From positions 6,463-70,462 of IMG/VR virus record IMGVR_UViG_3300037010_000424: a stretch of DNA of 64,000 nucleotides; one strand, 5' to 3'. Below are positions 50,497 to 60,248 of the stretch, one piece after another. Numbering within the stretch: position 1 is the stretch's first letter; each line of letters opens with the position of its first letter. The position numbers were made by a program, and so were the translations under genes. This DNA comes from a virus. The notes under the pieces were generated by a model that made no database searches, was not told the origin of the DNA, and saw only the letters and a program-made list of their open reading frames with translations.

Positions 50497-50724
50497 TTAT
50501 TCAATCACCAGTTTACCATTTGGACATTCGATTTTAAATTCTTCAATCTTTATTACCAGTGTTCGTTTCTCAACTACGTTCATTGTATCTGTTGCTTCTT
50601 TAGGTGGAATCGTCAATCCACGAGAACAGTCAATTGTTTCACACCCGCTCAAGTTAAATATCATGTTCAGAATTAGACACGGTAGATACAGATTTGTTAA
50701 TCTCATCGAGTTCACCTTTGACAT
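50497..50724 (-). CDS. Small lipoprotein
   Basis: Hydrophobic signal ending in lipobox LSG|C; further Cys residues. Confidence 0.62.
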   Translation of the reverse strand: MSKVNSMRLTNLYLPCLILNMIFNLSGCETIDCSRGLTIPPKEATDTMNVVEKRTLVIKIEEFKIECPNGKLVIE

Positions 50725-50727
50725 TAA

Positions 50728-51312
50728 TTAAAGTTTTGGAAATTTATACAAATGAAAGTTTACATTTGTGTCTGGAAATAAAACATGGCTATTTGATGAA
50801 ACCAGTTTTATCAATTTACTAAAGCCACACTTTGTAAAGTTTGGCGTGTCGAATAACACAAGTGTCACATCTGTTTTAAGGTCAGCTGAAATACACCTGA
50901 GGAAATCTACATCAATCGCTAATAAGCACGATACCCAGCAGCCAATCCCGCTGGAGTATGCGATTACAGTTGCAAAGTCATCTTGTCGCATTTCTTTCAG
51001 TACACTGTATAAATTTGTTTCTTTTACAGAACTGTAAATGTTATACGCATCTAAATACGTATAAATATCACTGTCTGAAATATCTAATTTTCTAAGTGTT
51101 GAGTAGTTGTGTTTGGTTAACAACTGAAGTTTTTCGACGTGTGGGTGTATTTGGTCTAGATGTATAGATATGACAATTGTTTTATCAACGGCATATACTT
51201 TAACTGAACACTCCGTTCGTTCTAGTGCTTCATTGCATTCACACTGAACAACCGATGCGTATGTATATAATGCCGTTAAATCATTTACGGAGTCTAACAT
51301 ACGCCAACCCAT
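50728..51312 (-). CDS. Divergent alpha/beta-hydrolase (class-3 lipase-like) protein
   Basis: VIAYSSGIGCWVSCLLAID...LVLFDTPNFTKCGF parallels lipase_3 VTGHSLGGALASLAALD...YTFGQPRVGN..F. Confidence 0.45.
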   Translation of the reverse strand: MGWRMLDSVNDLTALYTYASVVQCECNEALERTECSVKVYAVDKTIVISIHLDQIHPHVEKLQLLTKHNYSTLRKLDISDSDIYTYLDAYNIYSSVKETNLYSVLKEMRQDDFATVIAYSSGIGCWVSCLLAIDVDFLRCISADLKTDVTLVLFDTPNFTKCGFSKLIKLVSSNSHVLFPDTNVNFHLYKFPKL

Positions 51313-51318
51313 TATAAT

Positions 51319-51741
51319 TTATAAAAACATATCGTCAGACATAACTGTGTCTAAATTAAGAACTGTGTGTAAAAACTCTTGAACGTTTGGGTCTGAATAC
51401 GATATGGCACCATTACACTCCCAGGTTAAACGAAATATATTAGATCGTGGTAAAGTGTCAATGTAAGTAAAGATATCGTCCAGGAAACGATATTTGTCTA
51501 AGTTTAAACAAAACTGTAATTTTGGAACTGATAACGCGTTACGTTTCTCATCACTCGATAACTCGGGTGGAGTAACTACTATTGGGCTACCATCTTTATC
51601 AGCTGAAATAATTTTCCCTAAACTTTGCTGCATCAATAAAAACGCATGATGCTCTAACTCTACTTCAACTAAATCATCTGGTAATTCAGCGTACTGAATG
51701 TCGTTTGGAAAAAACCCGTTGAGGCTTGCACTATATCTCAT
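51319..51741 (-). CDS. Tail fibre assembly chaperone (Tfa-like)
   Basis: YSASLNGFF......LPDDLVEV...H..LL..Q..GKIISADKDGSP; directly after a fibre gene. Confidence 0.8.
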   Translation of the reverse strand: MRYSASLNGFFPNDIQYAELPDDLVEVELEHHAFLLMQQSLGKIISADKDGSPIVVTPPELSSDEKRNALSVPKLQFCLNLDKYRFLDDIFTYIDTLPRSNIFRLTWECNGAISYSDPNVQEFLHTVLNLDTVMSDDMFL

Positions 51742-51742
51742 G

Positions 51743-53158
51743 TTAGTTTCCTATTGCTACCCAATATCCATTAAGTGGATTTGGTGATACTGCGTTAAAT
51801 AAAACTGATGTTGCTACATTAAAACCTGCCAATGTAACTTCGCCCGTAGTTACATCAACGAAACATATCGCACCACCACCGCCAATATGCGTAGCCACTA
51901 TAGATTCCACAGCTTGTGGGAACATAATTGGAAATGTAATATGTAGTTTTCCATTGGACCCAGTTATAAAATTACCACGTTGCGTTATAGTCCCTTCTGG
52001 TGTGCGAGAATATCCAGTACCACTTTTAAAACTATCGCTATAATGAAGTGCCCCACTTCCAGAAATCGCATGGTATTTCACTCCGTCGCTTAATAAAGTG
52101 ATATTGTCCCCCGGTAGTAAAGGTATTCCACTTAATACATTTGCACCAATAACAATGGGGTCTCCATAGATGGTGACCGGGCCAACACCCTCGTTGACGT
52201 ACTCAGTTCTTTTTCCTGACATTGCTACTACGTCTGGGACTCGTATTGAAATTGCGTTAATTTGTTGACACAACACTGTGCCGCCAGCAATAAAACTCTC
52301 TAACGAGACATCAGTCGTAACTACGTTGATACTAGATGACAATACCCCATTTTTAAGAATAGCGTCATATACTCTTTTTGAGCTCCAAGCTCTTGGTAAA
52401 ATAGACAGCCCAGCTTCAGCTTCTGACTGGGTTGGCATATCAGATTTTAGTAAATATGGAGACAGATCTATCGGTGTGGCCGCTTGTAGTAGCATAGCCT
52501 TAAGTGAATCTATCTGTGCTTGTAATCCAGAAATAGTCGTTACCATCCCATTAAACTCCTGCTTAATGTATTCTAACCATTCAGCTGGTGTATCTAGGTT
52601 TTTACTGATTAACTCTAATTCTCTGGAGAGTATGTACACGTTAGAAGTTTGACTAAGTAAATCATCAATGTTTAATTTATTAAACGCCTCGGCATCACCA
52701 ACCAAACTAGCCCACACCGTTAAATCGTTTTGGTCAAACACACCAAGTCTACCAATCTCCGCCATTAGCACTTGGTCAACAATAGCACCAACCGCATGGT
52801 AAGATAAGTGTATAGACATCCATTTACTTTTGTCTATTAAGATGATGTAGCTATATGCGTCGAGTCCTAATAGTTGTTTAATGATATTAAACTGTGGAGA
52901 ATAGATATAGTCTACACCTAGTTCCAACGTAATTAAAGTTGGTGTGGGAGAGACATCTGTTTTAAGGGTACCTTTAACCATAAGTCCGCCACTATAGAAC
53001 GGACCGTTTTTTGAAAACACTACAGGTGATAAAGTCGTAGTAGATATTTCGTTAGGGAAGTAGTTACCTGCTCGTAAACCCGTTGGGTCAAATAACACTC
53101 CTGGGTCAGAGCCCATTCCATCCTCGTCAAAATCACCATTGAATAATTGTGTGCTCAT
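51743..53158 (-). CDS. Tail fibre protein
   Basis: Start at ATG 53158 (AAAGGA upstream); FDPTG...NE...GPFY N-domain; C-terminal GYSRTPEGTITQRG...ITFPIMFP...YWVAIGN tip. Confidence 0.82.
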   Translation of the reverse strand: MSTQLFNGDFDEDGMGSDPGVLFDPTGLRAGNYFPNEISTTTLSPVVFSKNGPFYSGGLMVKGTLKTDVSPTPTLITLELGVDYIYSPQFNIIKQLLGLDAYSYIILIDKSKWMSIHLSYHAVGAIVDQVLMAEIGRLGVFDQNDLTVWASLVGDAEAFNKLNIDDLLSQTSNVYILSRELELISKNLDTPAEWLEYIKQEFNGMVTTISGLQAQIDSLKAMLLQAATPIDLSPYLLKSDMPTQSEAEAGLSILPRAWSSKRVYDAILKNGVLSSSINVVTTDVSLESFIAGGTVLCQQINAISIRVPDVVAMSGKRTEYVNEGVGPVTIYGDPIVIGANVLSGIPLLPGDNITLLSDGVKYHAISGSGALHYSDSFKSGTGYSRTPEGTITQRGNFITGSNGKLHITFPIMFPQAVESIVATHIGGGGAICFVDVTTGEVTLAGFNVATSVLFNAVSPNPLNGYWVAIGN

Positions 53159-53198
53159 TTTACATCCTTTAGTTATTAAGGTGGTCGTGTTTAAAGAA

Positions 53199-53232
53199 TG
53201 TGGCAGCCAGTGGATATCCACTGGCTGCCACA
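53199..53232. terminator. 34-bp perfect palindrome
   Basis: TGTGGCAGCCAGTGGAT|ATCCACTGGCTGCCACA. Confidence 0.82.
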
Positions 53233-53257
53233 CCATATACGGTACTAATGTAAAACT

Positions 53258-53926
53258 TTAAACTGATCGACGATCTGCTTCCAACGCCACATTTGAAATG
53301 TTGAAAACCGGATTGACTACAGCTGTATCATTTCCACCAGTACATCCATAGTCTACGCCGCCAGACATAATCCAGTAGTGGTCAGTTGAATTCCATGTCG
53401 CCGTATGGAAAATTAATGCGTAAGATGTACCAGTGAAACGGATACTATCGAATGAAACAGATTTATCATATTCAAATACAATTGTGTCCCAACCAGTACC
53501 CAGGGTACTATCTGTGCCCCAACCAACAGCTTCGTTGACAGTGAATGGAACTGTAGCCACAACTGCGCCACCTAACAGTAGATCTATAGATGGGGTTGTA
53601 ATTGAATAGTCAATACCGTTAGAACTACCGACGAGTCTACCATTAGCAATCCCAATGGCAGACTGCCACTTCGAAGCACTAACTGTAGAAATTGCATCTT
53701 GTGCTTCAGAGATAGCGATTTCAAGTATACCTGAGTTTGCAGTTAGCGTTTCTACAGCTGACACTAGACTGTCGGTCACAGGAATTGTTGTGAATAAAGC
53801 AGTTACAGCATTTAATACAGGGTTTGTTGAGGTGTTTGCCACTTTAGATACCACGGCGCCAGCGCCAGAGAGACCTACTGCTAACGCATCAGCGCGAGAT
53901 TTAATTTGAGGATTTGTAGAAGACAT
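53258..53926 (-). CDS. Fibre-like module protein with a C-terminal beta-rich domain
   Basis: First ~82 aa paralogous to 54049-54297. Confidence 0.68.
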   Translation of the reverse strand: MSSTNPQIKSRADALAVGLSGAGAVVSKVANTSTNPVLNAVTALFTTIPVTDSLVSAVETLTANSGILEIAISEAQDAISTVSASKWQSAIGIANGRLVGSSNGIDYSITTPSIDLLLGGAVVATVPFTVNEAVGWGTDSTLGTGWDTIVFEYDKSVSFDSIRFTGTSYALIFHTATWNSTDHYWIMSGGVDYGCTGGNDTAVVNPVFNISNVALEADRRSV

Positions 53927-54302
53927 TTTTTATTTACCAAATGTAATGTAAAAATTGGTTTCAAAAAGCATACTGTCGAGGTGTGCAGGGTTACCCAACA
54001 CACCCCTAGGTACATTTCTTGCGTGAGGTTTGACCGTTACACTAACAATTACATTGTAGCGATTGCGTCTTGCACTTCAGATACAGCTTGAGACAAAACG
54101 CCGTCAGTGGCAACTAAGTTTTCGATAGCTGAAACCAAACCATCAGTCACTGTAACTTCTGTAAAGGTACTATGCATGAAGCTTGAAATACCACCAACTG
54201 AACGACCAGCAACCGATGTTACAGCGGCACTATGTGCATCCATATCTGTGATTAACGCATCAGCGCGAGATTTAATTTGAGGATTTGTAGAAGACATTTT
54301 TT
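53882..54302. repeat. Identical 50-bp direct repeat (53882-53931 and 54253-54302)
   Basis: TAACGCATCAGCGCGAGATTTAATTTGAGGATTTGTAGAAGACATTTTTT, encoding MSSTNPQIKSRADAL on the minus strand. Confidence 0.92.
54049..54297 (-). CDS. 82-aa minimal fibre-like module protein
   Basis: ATG 54297 with AAAGGA upstream; paralog of its neighbours. Confidence 0.72.
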   Translation of the reverse strand: MSSTNPQIKSRADALITDMDAHSAAVTSVAGRSVGGISSFMHSTFTEVTVTDGLVSAIENLVATDGVLSQAVSEVQDAIATM

Positions 54303-54379
54303 TATCCTTTTGAATAAAAGTATTTAAAATAAGTTTATAGGTGGCACTAAAGTGTGCCACCGTTTAAATCCGAGTGATA

Positions 54380-55639
54380 TTAGATACCGGCCAATGCGTC
54401 TTGTAATGCGCTTACTTGTGTAACAAGTGTCAAGATGATAGTGTTTTGTGCTTCCAATGCAGCCATCATACTGTCAGCAGTTTCTAATGTTGCATAGTTA
54501 GCTGTACCGAAGTCAACAATAGCTTTGTTAGATGGGAATACGGTTTCTGATGCAATGTTAGTGCCGTCGATAACTGTAGCGCGGTCAGCAATGTTAACGG
54601 GAACATATGACAGCGGAGTGTTCAGACCAGCCCAATTTGCATCAGCTTGACCAGGCGCGTCATTTGTAGCGAACATGATATCGCCGACTGTGTACAACAC
54701 ACCGCCAACTGTAACTTCTTCACCAACAAACCAGAAATCTGATTTTGCAACTGAACCACCAGCACCTGAACCACCAATGCCAGAAGTGTCAGTTGGGTAG
54801 TTAGTGCCTTCAGATACAGGAAGGAACACGCCACGGTTGTCTAACAAACCGGCTGATTTGGCATCTGCGTACGCTTGAGCAGCAGCAATAGCTGAAGCAA
54901 CACCAGAATCAGTGTAAGTGGCAGAAGCAGCTAATACAGAAGTAGCGGAAGTAGCAACTGCATCGGTAGCAAATGCTTGAGCAGCAGCTTGAGCAGCGAG
55001 TGCATTAGCAGCAGAAGTGCTGTTAGCAGAAGTTAAAGTCAGAGCATCTTTTGCGTCAGCATATGTTTGTGCAGCAGTTTGTGCAGCAGAAGCCGCGCCA
55101 TCAGCATATGTGTTTGCAGAACTAATAGCATTAGCTACGGCAGAAGTTGTGTTGTTGTTAGCAGCAGTTAATGTAGCGGCATCACCAGCAGCCAACTGTG
55201 TGTCAGCATAAGCTTTTGCAACGACTACACCAGCGGCGACAGCGGCGTCAGCATATGTGTGTAATTCGGTTGTAGCATTTTGTACAGTCAAGTTTGTATA
55301 CGCCTTAGCGTCTAACAACACTTGTGCGCCACCATCACCAACCAATGTGGTTAACACTGCAATTTTGCCATCAGTGTAACTGTTAGCAGAACCTAAAGTG
55401 GTGGTATCGTTTGCATCTGAATGCGAGTTAGCAGAAGCTAAAGCGGCAGCGATTGCAGCAGCTTGTGGAGTAGAAACAATCTTCACTGCATCAGCAGTGT
55501 TATCAACGTTAGGCAAACCAACAGTTTGTTTGACAATGTGTGTTGGATGTTTACCACCCACCGTTGTAACCAAAGCAGCTTGTGCTGCTAATGTAGCTAA
55601 AATTGCTGTTGCACGGTTTTGTGAATCTACGTTTGACAT
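54380..55639 (-). CDS. Ala-rich trimeric coiled-coil fibre protein
   Basis: VGLPNVDNTAD fibre repeat, repeated A..YAD/YTD stalk motifs, globular LLDNRG...GDIMFA...PGQ...NW insert. Confidence 0.75.
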   Translation of the reverse strand: MSNVDSQNRATAILATLAAQAALVTTVGGKHPTHIVKQTVGLPNVDNTADAVKIVSTPQAAAIAAALASANSHSDANDTTTLGSANSYTDGKIAVLTTLVGDGGAQVLLDAKAYTNLTVQNATTELHTYADAAVAAGVVVAKAYADTQLAAGDAATLTAANNNTTSAVANAISSANTYADGAASAAQTAAQTYADAKDALTLTSANSTSAANALAAQAAAQAFATDAVATSATSVLAASATYTDSGVASAIAAAQAYADAKSAGLLDNRGVFLPVSEGTNYPTDTSGIGGSGAGGSVAKSDFWFVGEEVTVGGVLYTVGDIMFATNDAPGQADANWAGLNTPLSYVPVNIADRATVIDGTNIASETVFPSNKAIVDFGTANYATLETADSMMAALEAQNTIILTLVTQVSALQDALAGI

Positions 55640-55737
55640 GGTTATACCTCTAAGATGTAATTACAAGTGTAGGTTATCTTTAACCCACATAATAGACAAA
55701 TTCATAAATATAGTTTTTGTATAGGTTACATCTATAT

Positions 55738-56163
55738 TTACACTGGTGGACTGCCAGTTATTGCATTTTGGATAATTAATACCTCCTCTGCTAATATTTT
55801 AAAATCCGAACTTTGTTGCTCTAATATATCAAGTATTGTATCAACGACCACACTAGATGCGTAATGCGTGTCTACAAATGACACAACCGCTTCTTCTGTG
55901 GGGTACTGTGTATTAGATGGTGCCGTTAATGTAGAGATCGCAACTATTTTATTTGCTACATTTTCTGGAGTGTATGATAATGGGTTATTTTGATCGCCCC
56001 AGTTTATACCATTCTGTGATAATTCGAAAGAATCTACTTTAGCTTGTAAGATTGACATCTGTGCCATCATACCCGTTAATAAAGTAACTAATTCTACACT
56101 TACACCGCCAGCCCCACACTTGGCTATAATCTCATCAAGTTTATCATTTAACTGTGGATTCAT
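55738..56163 (-). CDS. Fibre-like module protein
   Basis: NPLSYTPENVANK...YPTEEAVVSFVD shared with the 419-aa neighbour. Confidence 0.68.
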   Translation of the reverse strand: MNPQLNDKLDEIIAKCGAGGVSVELVTLLTGMMAQMSILQAKVDSFELSQNGINWGDQNNPLSYTPENVANKIVAISTLTAPSNTQYPTEEAVVSFVDTHYASSVVVDTILDILEQQSSDFKILAEEVLIIQNAITGSPPV

Positions 56164-56175
56164 TTAAACACCCGT

Positions 56176-57150
56176 TTAGTTGCCGATAGCAAAATAACTA
56201 ATTCTTCTGTCACCAGTATAGTTATCTAAAGTCAAACTTATTTTGACTCTATCATTCTGCGGAGCTGATGTTACCACTTGGTCATTAGTCGGCGCTACAA
56301 GTGGATCGGCTGGAGATACCCAACATTGGGCCAATGTGCAAGCGTTAGGGAATGGGTCCCCCGCAAATCTAATTTCACTAGGTCTAATGTTAGATGCAAA
56401 TACATGGAAACCAAATTTCACAGTAAACGACCCCAGCGTAAGTGTGTAATGTGGCAGTCCAACTGGTTTAATTAATTTATTCCTGTCTCTGGTTAATGCG
56501 ATGTAAGTATTAACAAACGCATTGTTACTTTTGTTCATTGAAGTAGCCATCTCCAATATAGGGACTAGTGTCGAATTAGCCCACACCCCAACAAAGCCAT
56601 CAATTTCATTAACACTGATATTATCTTGTTTGTGTCTAACTGCGGATGCTAACTGCATAATGGTTTCACAAATCAACGGGTATTGTGCCACAGCGTTTGT
56701 GTTTAAAGAATGTGGTGTCGGCGGAAAGCTAGTTGGGGCAGAAGTCCAGTCAACTGAAAGGTATGTGGTGGCTAATTCCATAAACCCGTCAGCTATAGCA
56801 TTAGCTTTATTAGCTACATACTCCCCGCCGATAGTGTGATAGTTAATTAGGTATCTACCCACTGGGTTTCTACCTAACATCGTAATACTTCCATACACAG
56901 GTAACCCTATAGCGTTATCACTAGAAGCCTGTTCCCAGTAGTGACTTAAATAATAGTCAACGTTTTCTTTTAATGTGATTCCGTCAGAGTTAACAATTGA
57001 CAACCCTGCTGAATAAAACGGTGCTGCTTCTGGAACAAATAAAAAAGCGTTAGTTGGACCAATGTTAGAAATATTGTGTTGTTCATTAGGAACAAAGTTG
57101 TCTGGTAAAGTACCAGTCCCATCAAATGGGTAAAGTATTGGATTAGACAT
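56176..57150 (-). CDS. Short tail fibre/baseplate-associated protein
   Basis: YPFDGTG...N.VPNEQH...VP.AAPFY, YHTIGG, FPPTPH; C-terminal YFAIGN tip. Confidence 0.78.
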   Translation of the reverse strand: MSNPILYPFDGTGTLPDNFVPNEQHNISNIGPTNAFLFVPEAAPFYSAGLSIVNSDGITLKENVDYYLSHYWEQASSDNAIGLPVYGSITMLGRNPVGRYLINYHTIGGEYVANKANAIADGFMELATTYLSVDWTSAPTSFPPTPHSLNTNAVAQYPLICETIMQLASAVRHKQDNISVNEIDGFVGVWANSTLVPILEMATSMNKSNNAFVNTYIALTRDRNKLIKPVGLPHYTLTLGSFTVKFGFHVFASNIRPSEIRFAGDPFPNACTLAQCWVSPADPLVAPTNDQVVTSAPQNDRVKISLTLDNYTGDRRISYFAIGN

Positions 57151-57200
57151 AATGGTTTACTTTTATTGTAGTAAAAAGATAACTCGTGAGGAATTAGGTT

Positions 57201-58412
57201 ATGTTGAGAGCAATTAGTGTAGTACAACGAGTAAAATACGACTGGGTAGAACTCCCAGTCACCACACTATTATCCAATTTAGATTGGACATGTAGAACAC
57301 TTGTAACCGTACTTAACGAAGAGACAGGTGTTGAAACACAGCACAATTTAAGTATGTTACCGAATGTACAGAGTTTAGCAGCATACTCGCCGGTGGCTAC
57401 AATTGAGAATATATTTTCCACATACACTGGTGGTTTACCACCAGAAATTCTACCAAAGATAGACGTAGCTAACAAGAAATGTTTATCATATTACACACTT
57501 TGGGACTATCAACTAAATGCCACTAGAGTTAATACATCAAATTCATCTCTGTCATTTAATATAAACGATACCCCGGATTTAGAAATTACTCCGTCAAAAT
57601 TCTTTACTGGCACTATAGACGGTTTAAAGGATAAACTCTTATTTGTAATTAATGGAATGGTTGTCTTTGCCGAGTATATAAATGGTAAGGTGATTATTAT
57701 ACATGGTGGTTTAGATTTAGACACTGCAATTGAACAAAACATCGGTGTAATTGATTTTTCTAATTTTAATGGATTTACACCTATTAAATTTACACAGCAG
57801 AATACCACAGTGTTTTTTAGAGACGATGAAGTAACCACGTTTCATGTTACATTAAACGACCCCATTAGTAATGATTTCATGGTCGTGGTAAACGGTAAAC
57901 TCCACATGTGTAACGACATATACACTCTGGTTGATAACCGCACTATAGCGATTCAGGTGCGTCATCAAGATGTATATAAAGAAGCATTGTATTCTGAACC
58001 ATCTACGTTAAATTGGATAGATAGAATCTCACCAGACAGTAATGGTTATGACATTTCTACATTCAACCCGATGAGATATATAACTTCAGTCACTAATAGA
58101 TTATTATTATTGTCAGTTAAAGGAGTTAGTGTTAAACATCTACCACTTGTTACCACAGGGTTCCCATTAACATTTTTTACTAATCATGATACGACCGATT
58201 TAATATTCTCATCAGATGGAACAGTTGGGTATTACATAGCAAATGAAATGTTATCGGATAATGCAATTGTTATATCCGTTGCTAAACCAAGGGTGTTTGA
58301 TGCAATATACGACACAACCGATGTATTAAATGAAAATATCATCGGAACTGGAACTTTGTCCTCTGCGTACGATACTCGAACAGCAAAATTAAAACGAGTA
58401 TATGTATTGTAA
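57201..58412 (+). CDS. Conserved virion-associated protein (gp153-like position)
   Basis: LFVINGM...IGVIDFS...VVNGKLH; precedes RNase H as in phiKZ. Confidence 0.6.
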   Translation: MLRAISVVQRVKYDWVELPVTTLLSNLDWTCRTLVTVLNEETGVETQHNLSMLPNVQSLAAYSPVATIENIFSTYTGGLPPEILPKIDVANKKCLSYYTLWDYQLNATRVNTSNSSLSFNINDTPDLEITPSKFFTGTIDGLKDKLLFVINGMVVFAEYINGKVIIIHGGLDLDTAIEQNIGVIDFSNFNGFTPIKFTQQNTTVFFRDDEVTTFHVTLNDPISNDFMVVVNGKLHMCNDIYTLVDNRTIAIQVRHQDVYKEALYSEPSTLNWIDRISPDSNGYDISTFNPMRYITSVTNRLLLLSVKGVSVKHLPLVTTGFPLTFFTNHDTTDLIFSSDGTVGYYIANEMLSDNAIVISVAKPRVFDAIYDTTDVLNENIIGTGTLSSAYDTRTAKLKRVYVL

Positions 58413-58466
58413 AATAAACCACATTAGCGATAGTGTAGGTGGTAAACTATAAAGGATAAATTGATA

Positions 58467-60248
58467 ATGTCTGTTAAAAAAATAAGTTGGTCTAAAGCAA
58501 AAGGTTATGAGTGTAGTTCACAGGGAGACTCTAGGTTCTCTGCACTCAATGCACTTATGGAAGATGGTAGAACGTTAGAACAACATTACCAATGTGATGT
58601 AAAAGGATATGATGTTGGTGGAACAAATTGGAAATTAGGTAAAGGTAAACCGCCTTTAGATACAACTCAAAAAATGTTTCCATTATATTTAAACTTGTGG
58701 AAACGATGGTGTAACATTGGTGATAACTACTCTTCTCTTTTAGAGCTTAAAGACCTAGCTGCAAATAACGATTTCTATTTACGAGATTCGTTTGCTACAT
58801 CGCCAGTCAATCAGGCACATGCGTTATCCGTTATACTTAACGATTTGGATAAAGTGTCCAAATCTAAAGTTATCGTTGAGTTATACACGGATGGTTCAGC
58901 TAGACCAAACCCTGGTTCAGCTGGGTATGGGTTTAATGGTACAGATTCACTTGGAAACGTGTATATCGGTTGGGGACCTGTAGCTAGTAGGTCCACTAAT
59001 AACGTAGCTGAGTTATTAGCTGTAGCTTACGGTATCCTCAGAATGCGAAGTGTTATACCCAACTTAGGTAAGATTAAAATATTTTCAGACAGCGAATATG
59101 TCATTGAAAATATGAAATCGGTAACAAAATGGATTGGTAACGGTTGGACTACTGACACTGGAAGACCGGTAGCTAATGTTGAGGTGTGGAAGTTTTTAGA
59201 TTCTACAATTATAGACGCTAGAAGTGCAGGAATCGATATAAGCTTACAGTGGGTCAAAGCACATAACGGCAATGTAGGTAACGAGCTAGCTGATGTAAAA
59301 GCCAACGAGGGTCGTTTAATTGCGTTAGAAACACCAATTGATTTACACTTTGAACTTACAGACCTACATAAGTTTGAAGTTACTAAATTGTTAAAGGTTA
59401 AAACTGTTTCTAAAGTGGTTACACCATTAAACAAACTGCTAGCGGCTAAACGGTGGTTCTTCTTTACAAATGTTCCAGAATTAATTGAAGGAAGACCTTT
59501 CTATTTTGCATCAGTGTACGAAGATAAGAAAGAATACAATAATCGTAATTTAGGTAAACGTGCTCCAGACAGTATGTATGTATTGCTGTTAACTGATACA
59601 CGAATAACGGTGTTAGATACGATACGTGATTCATTCAATAAAAAGTTTGCTGGAGAGACTTTACCGATTATCACATACCTTACAAAGATTCAAAGTGCTA
59701 AGGTGTGGGCAAAACTGGTTGAGTCTATAGATGAAGTTTTAGTGTATAAAGGTAACAGCGCAATTACAGTGGGTGGGGAATTACTTGGTAATTTACACTT
59801 CCCACCAAAGTTAGCTTGTAAAGTCCCCAAGATAATTACATTAGGGTACAATTGCATTAAAGAATACAAGTCTGGAAAGAGAGGTGCTCACTACTATGAT
59901 ATAACCGATAAGATTTATACAACTGATGCTAAAGGTAAACCGGCTATTAGCCCAGAGTTTACAACAAGCACTAAGTTTTTAGATATTCCAGTGGTTATAC
60001 CGTACACGTCTGATATGGGTTTGATTACACCCGAACATGCAGATATCATGCGACTGACAGTTAACATCGATCTGCCGACTAGAAACACATTCTCCGCATT
60101 ACTTAAACAAACTAAAAACCCTGTTAAAGTTACACTGATGGTTACAGAGAGTTTAGAGCGTAGTTGTAGAGTATACGTGATAGTTGAAGTGGATACTGAC
60201 ATCTGCATTTATTACAACCCCGATTCAAATTTTAGAATAAAGAAATGA
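58467..60248 (+). CDS. rnhA: RNase HI (phiKZ gp155-like) with an N-terminal NADAR/DarG1-like domain
   Basis: RNase H: LYTDGSARPNPG, TNNVAELLA, SDSEYV, WVKAHNGNVGNELAD; extra ~130-aa N-domain YECSS...FSALNA...LEQHYQCDVK...LRDSFA...NQAHAL. Confidence 0.88.
   Translation: MSVKKISWSKAKGYECSSQGDSRFSALNALMEDGRTLEQHYQCDVKGYDVGGTNWKLGKGKPPLDTTQKMFPLYLNLWKRWCNIGDNYSSLLELKDLAANNDFYLRDSFATSPVNQAHALSVILNDLDKVSKSKVIVELYTDGSARPNPGSAGYGFNGTDSLGNVYIGWGPVASRSTNNVAELLAVAYGILRMRSVIPNLGKIKIFSDSEYVIENMKSVTKWIGNGWTTDTGRPVANVEVWKFLDSTIIDARSAGIDISLQWVKAHNGNVGNELADVKANEGRLIALETPIDLHFELTDLHKFEVTKLLKVKTVSKVVTPLNKLLAAKRWFFFTNVPELIEGRPFYFASVYEDKKEYNNRNLGKRAPDSMYVLLLTDTRITVLDTIRDSFNKKFAGETLPIITYLTKIQSAKVWAKLVESIDEVLVYKGNSAITVGGELLGNLHFPPKLACKVPKIITLGYNCIKEYKSGKRGAHYYDITDKIYTTDAKGKPAISPEFTTSTKFLDIPVVIPYTSDMGLITPEHADIMRLTVNIDLPTRNTFSALLKQTKNPVKVTLMVTESLERSCRVYVIVEVDTDICIYYNPDSNFRIKK

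Noticed and set aside
39719-50724. A complete holin-endolysin-spanin cassette
   Set aside because: Candidates are scattered on different strands and no i-spanin lies next to the lipoprotein, so they are reported only individually
6051-53232. Palindromes as CRISPR repeats, REP elements or MITEs
   Set aside because: They are dispersed, unrelated in sequence, and have no spacers, cas genes or transposase
7050-53232. Restriction sites (HpaI, AseI, EcoRV, EcoRI, SpeI) at palindrome centres as a decoy system
   Set aside because: Any perfect palindrome has a 6-bp palindromic centre, so this carries no information by itself
53159-53236. N-terminal extension of the 497-aa fibre ORF in the track
   Set aside because: It runs through the palindrome; the ribosome site supports ATG 53158
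47960-57150. Diversity-generating retroelement or invertible tail-fibre switch
   Set aside because: No reverse transcriptase, invertase, adenine-specific template/variable repeat pair or flanking inverted sites were seen
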